Made by a program: the position numbers and the translations under genes
The notes under the pieces: generated by a model
What the model was told of the DNA's origin: nothing
The model's input: only the letters and a program-made list of their open reading frames with translations
The model's database searches: none
Source: Phoronis australis
Lineage: Eukaryota; Animalia; Phoronida
Reading direction: 5' to 3'
DNA: 64,000 nt
Assembly (NCBI GenBank): GCA_002633005.1
Contig: NMRA01000006.1
Span: 1,043,697-1,107,696, forward strand
Shown: one piece after another, positions 62,611 to 64,000 of the stretch
Position numbering within the stretch: the stretch's first letter is position 1
Layout: the number at the start of each line of letters is the position of its first letter

Positions 62611-63317
62611 CTGCAAACAATGTCCATAATTCAGTTATTACTATGTAACAGCTAGATTCAACAGAGTATTACAAGTCAACTGTTCTTCCATATTTCCCAT
62701 TTGTGAGTGTATTTTGTTACCACATGCCCATTTTTTAATTAGCTGAATCACACAAATGTGGATAAGATAAGTGCTTACTGCAAATCACTTTAAGAAAAAC
62801 GAATTCTGTCCTTTTGGAAGGAAATGTTTGGGACGACTATTTACTCATTTATTTCTAAGTACATTGTGCAACAACAATTCATGAAATAAAACCTTGAACA
62901 GTAGTTTCAAACCACATACTTGGTAAACAGTGCTGAAATTGGCGGTAATCATTTAACAGTACAGGCCTACACATAAAAAATAAGAAAACAAATCAGAAGC
63001 AAAGAAATTTTTAAGTTTAAACCTTCAAATATACAACATTAACGAAAATATATTCATAAATGAAATGCTTAGAAAATAAGTATATTATAGAATTTTTACC
63101 TGACTGCACGGTATCCTTTTTTCATAAGAACAGATTTTCTACAATGATTGAAGCAAGTGCATATCAACTAAACTCAACACATAAGGTATAACTGGTACAA
63201 CTCCCCTCTTGAGGCATTATATGAAAAAAGGTGAAGCAGACAGAAAGCAAGCCACAATATGACAACTGATTCAACAATAATACAAAAGAAATGATCCAAG
63301 ATTCAAAAGCCACTCAC

Positions 63318-63493
63318 CTGAGAAAGTCATCATCAAACAAGTCTTTCTTTTTAGCAGGGGGAGCCGGCTTGTGCTTGGTCGAGCTGCTATTTAGGTCAAA
63401 GTCGTCCAAGTCATCCCAGTTGTCCGTGCCACCCCATCGTTTGCGAGGTGCAACAGGCACAGTTTTCTTGACCGCCTCACCACCGAAGGAGTC
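63318..63493 (-). CDS. MAK/CILK1-like kinase exon (DSFGGE...PRKRWGGTDNWDDLDDFD...); kinase domain expected beyond the right edge
   Basis: TTCTCAG acceptor and AG|GTGAGT donor; 176 nt, phase 0/2; RxRWG...WDDxDDxD motif as in MAK/ICK. Confidence 0.8.
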
Positions 63494-64000
63494 CTGAGAA
63501 GAGAAGTATTCAATTAGATGAAGCAGTCAATTGAAACTAGAGTTTCAAGAACATTAACCCTTATCCTGCTGAGCCTCTATTCAGACTACTTTCCCTGTGT
63601 GCTGAGCTAAGTAGGTCACCACTACTGCTTTACACTAAGCTGTTGTGGAGGTCACCTAGACAAATGACCTAACAATTTTAAATTGGAAATTTGAAGGGGA
63701 AATATTAAATTAACAGAAAAGAAGTCAATACAAAACTTGTGCAGAATTTAATGGGGAATTTCACCATATATAAGTCTTTATCATAGCCTTGGTGAAAGTA
63801 AAGTGATCCACTGTCATCCTCTCCCGTATGGCTCCAGCCATATAATGAAACTATGTGTCTACACTTACATAAACCTGCCAATATCTCCCAAACTAGTAAT
63901 CACAGCCATATGGTTTAAATTGGAGAACAGTAGAGGAAGTTGTGAAGTATGGAATGCTCATGGTCACATATCTAAATAACATTCCAGGGCTCTTACAATT

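Overview
Eukaryotic (most likely bilaterian invertebrate) genomic DNA, AT-rich, with spliceosomal introns and two assembly gaps. I could assemble five protein-coding loci by hand. (1) A minus-strand glutaredoxin-DEP-DUF547 gene with 9 phase-consistent exons (23298 to 3069); its last exon appears to lie left of the window. (2) An intronless rolling stone-family membrane protein on the + strand (1563-2975), apparently nested antisense in an intron of gene 1. (3) A 2-exon type II membrane copper amine oxidase-like gene (30043-33015). (4) A complete 6-exon Rab10 (45856-53779). (5) The last 5 exons of a MAK/CILK1-type kinase on the minus strand (63493 to 60103). Repeats include two inverted, internally deleted Kolobok-type transposons (THAP/transposase, plus a KolX-like remnant in the second), four copies of a Helentron/pearl-like non-autonomous element with tandem core repeats, several MITEs, and mini- and microsatellites. 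Most notable observations: the amine oxidase keeps an intact ORF but has lost all three copper-ligand histidines and has Glu in place of the catalytic Asp (candidate pseudoenzyme). A 56-aa microprotein missed by the ORF track (41700-41870) is a paralogue of that protein's membrane anchor only. An intronic higher-order repeat carries 12 co-oriented CTCF-consensus motifs at about 150-bp spacing. A 44-bp minisatellite has amplified an exon end together with its 5' splice site. All family assignments come from motif recognition by eye; no database searches were run.
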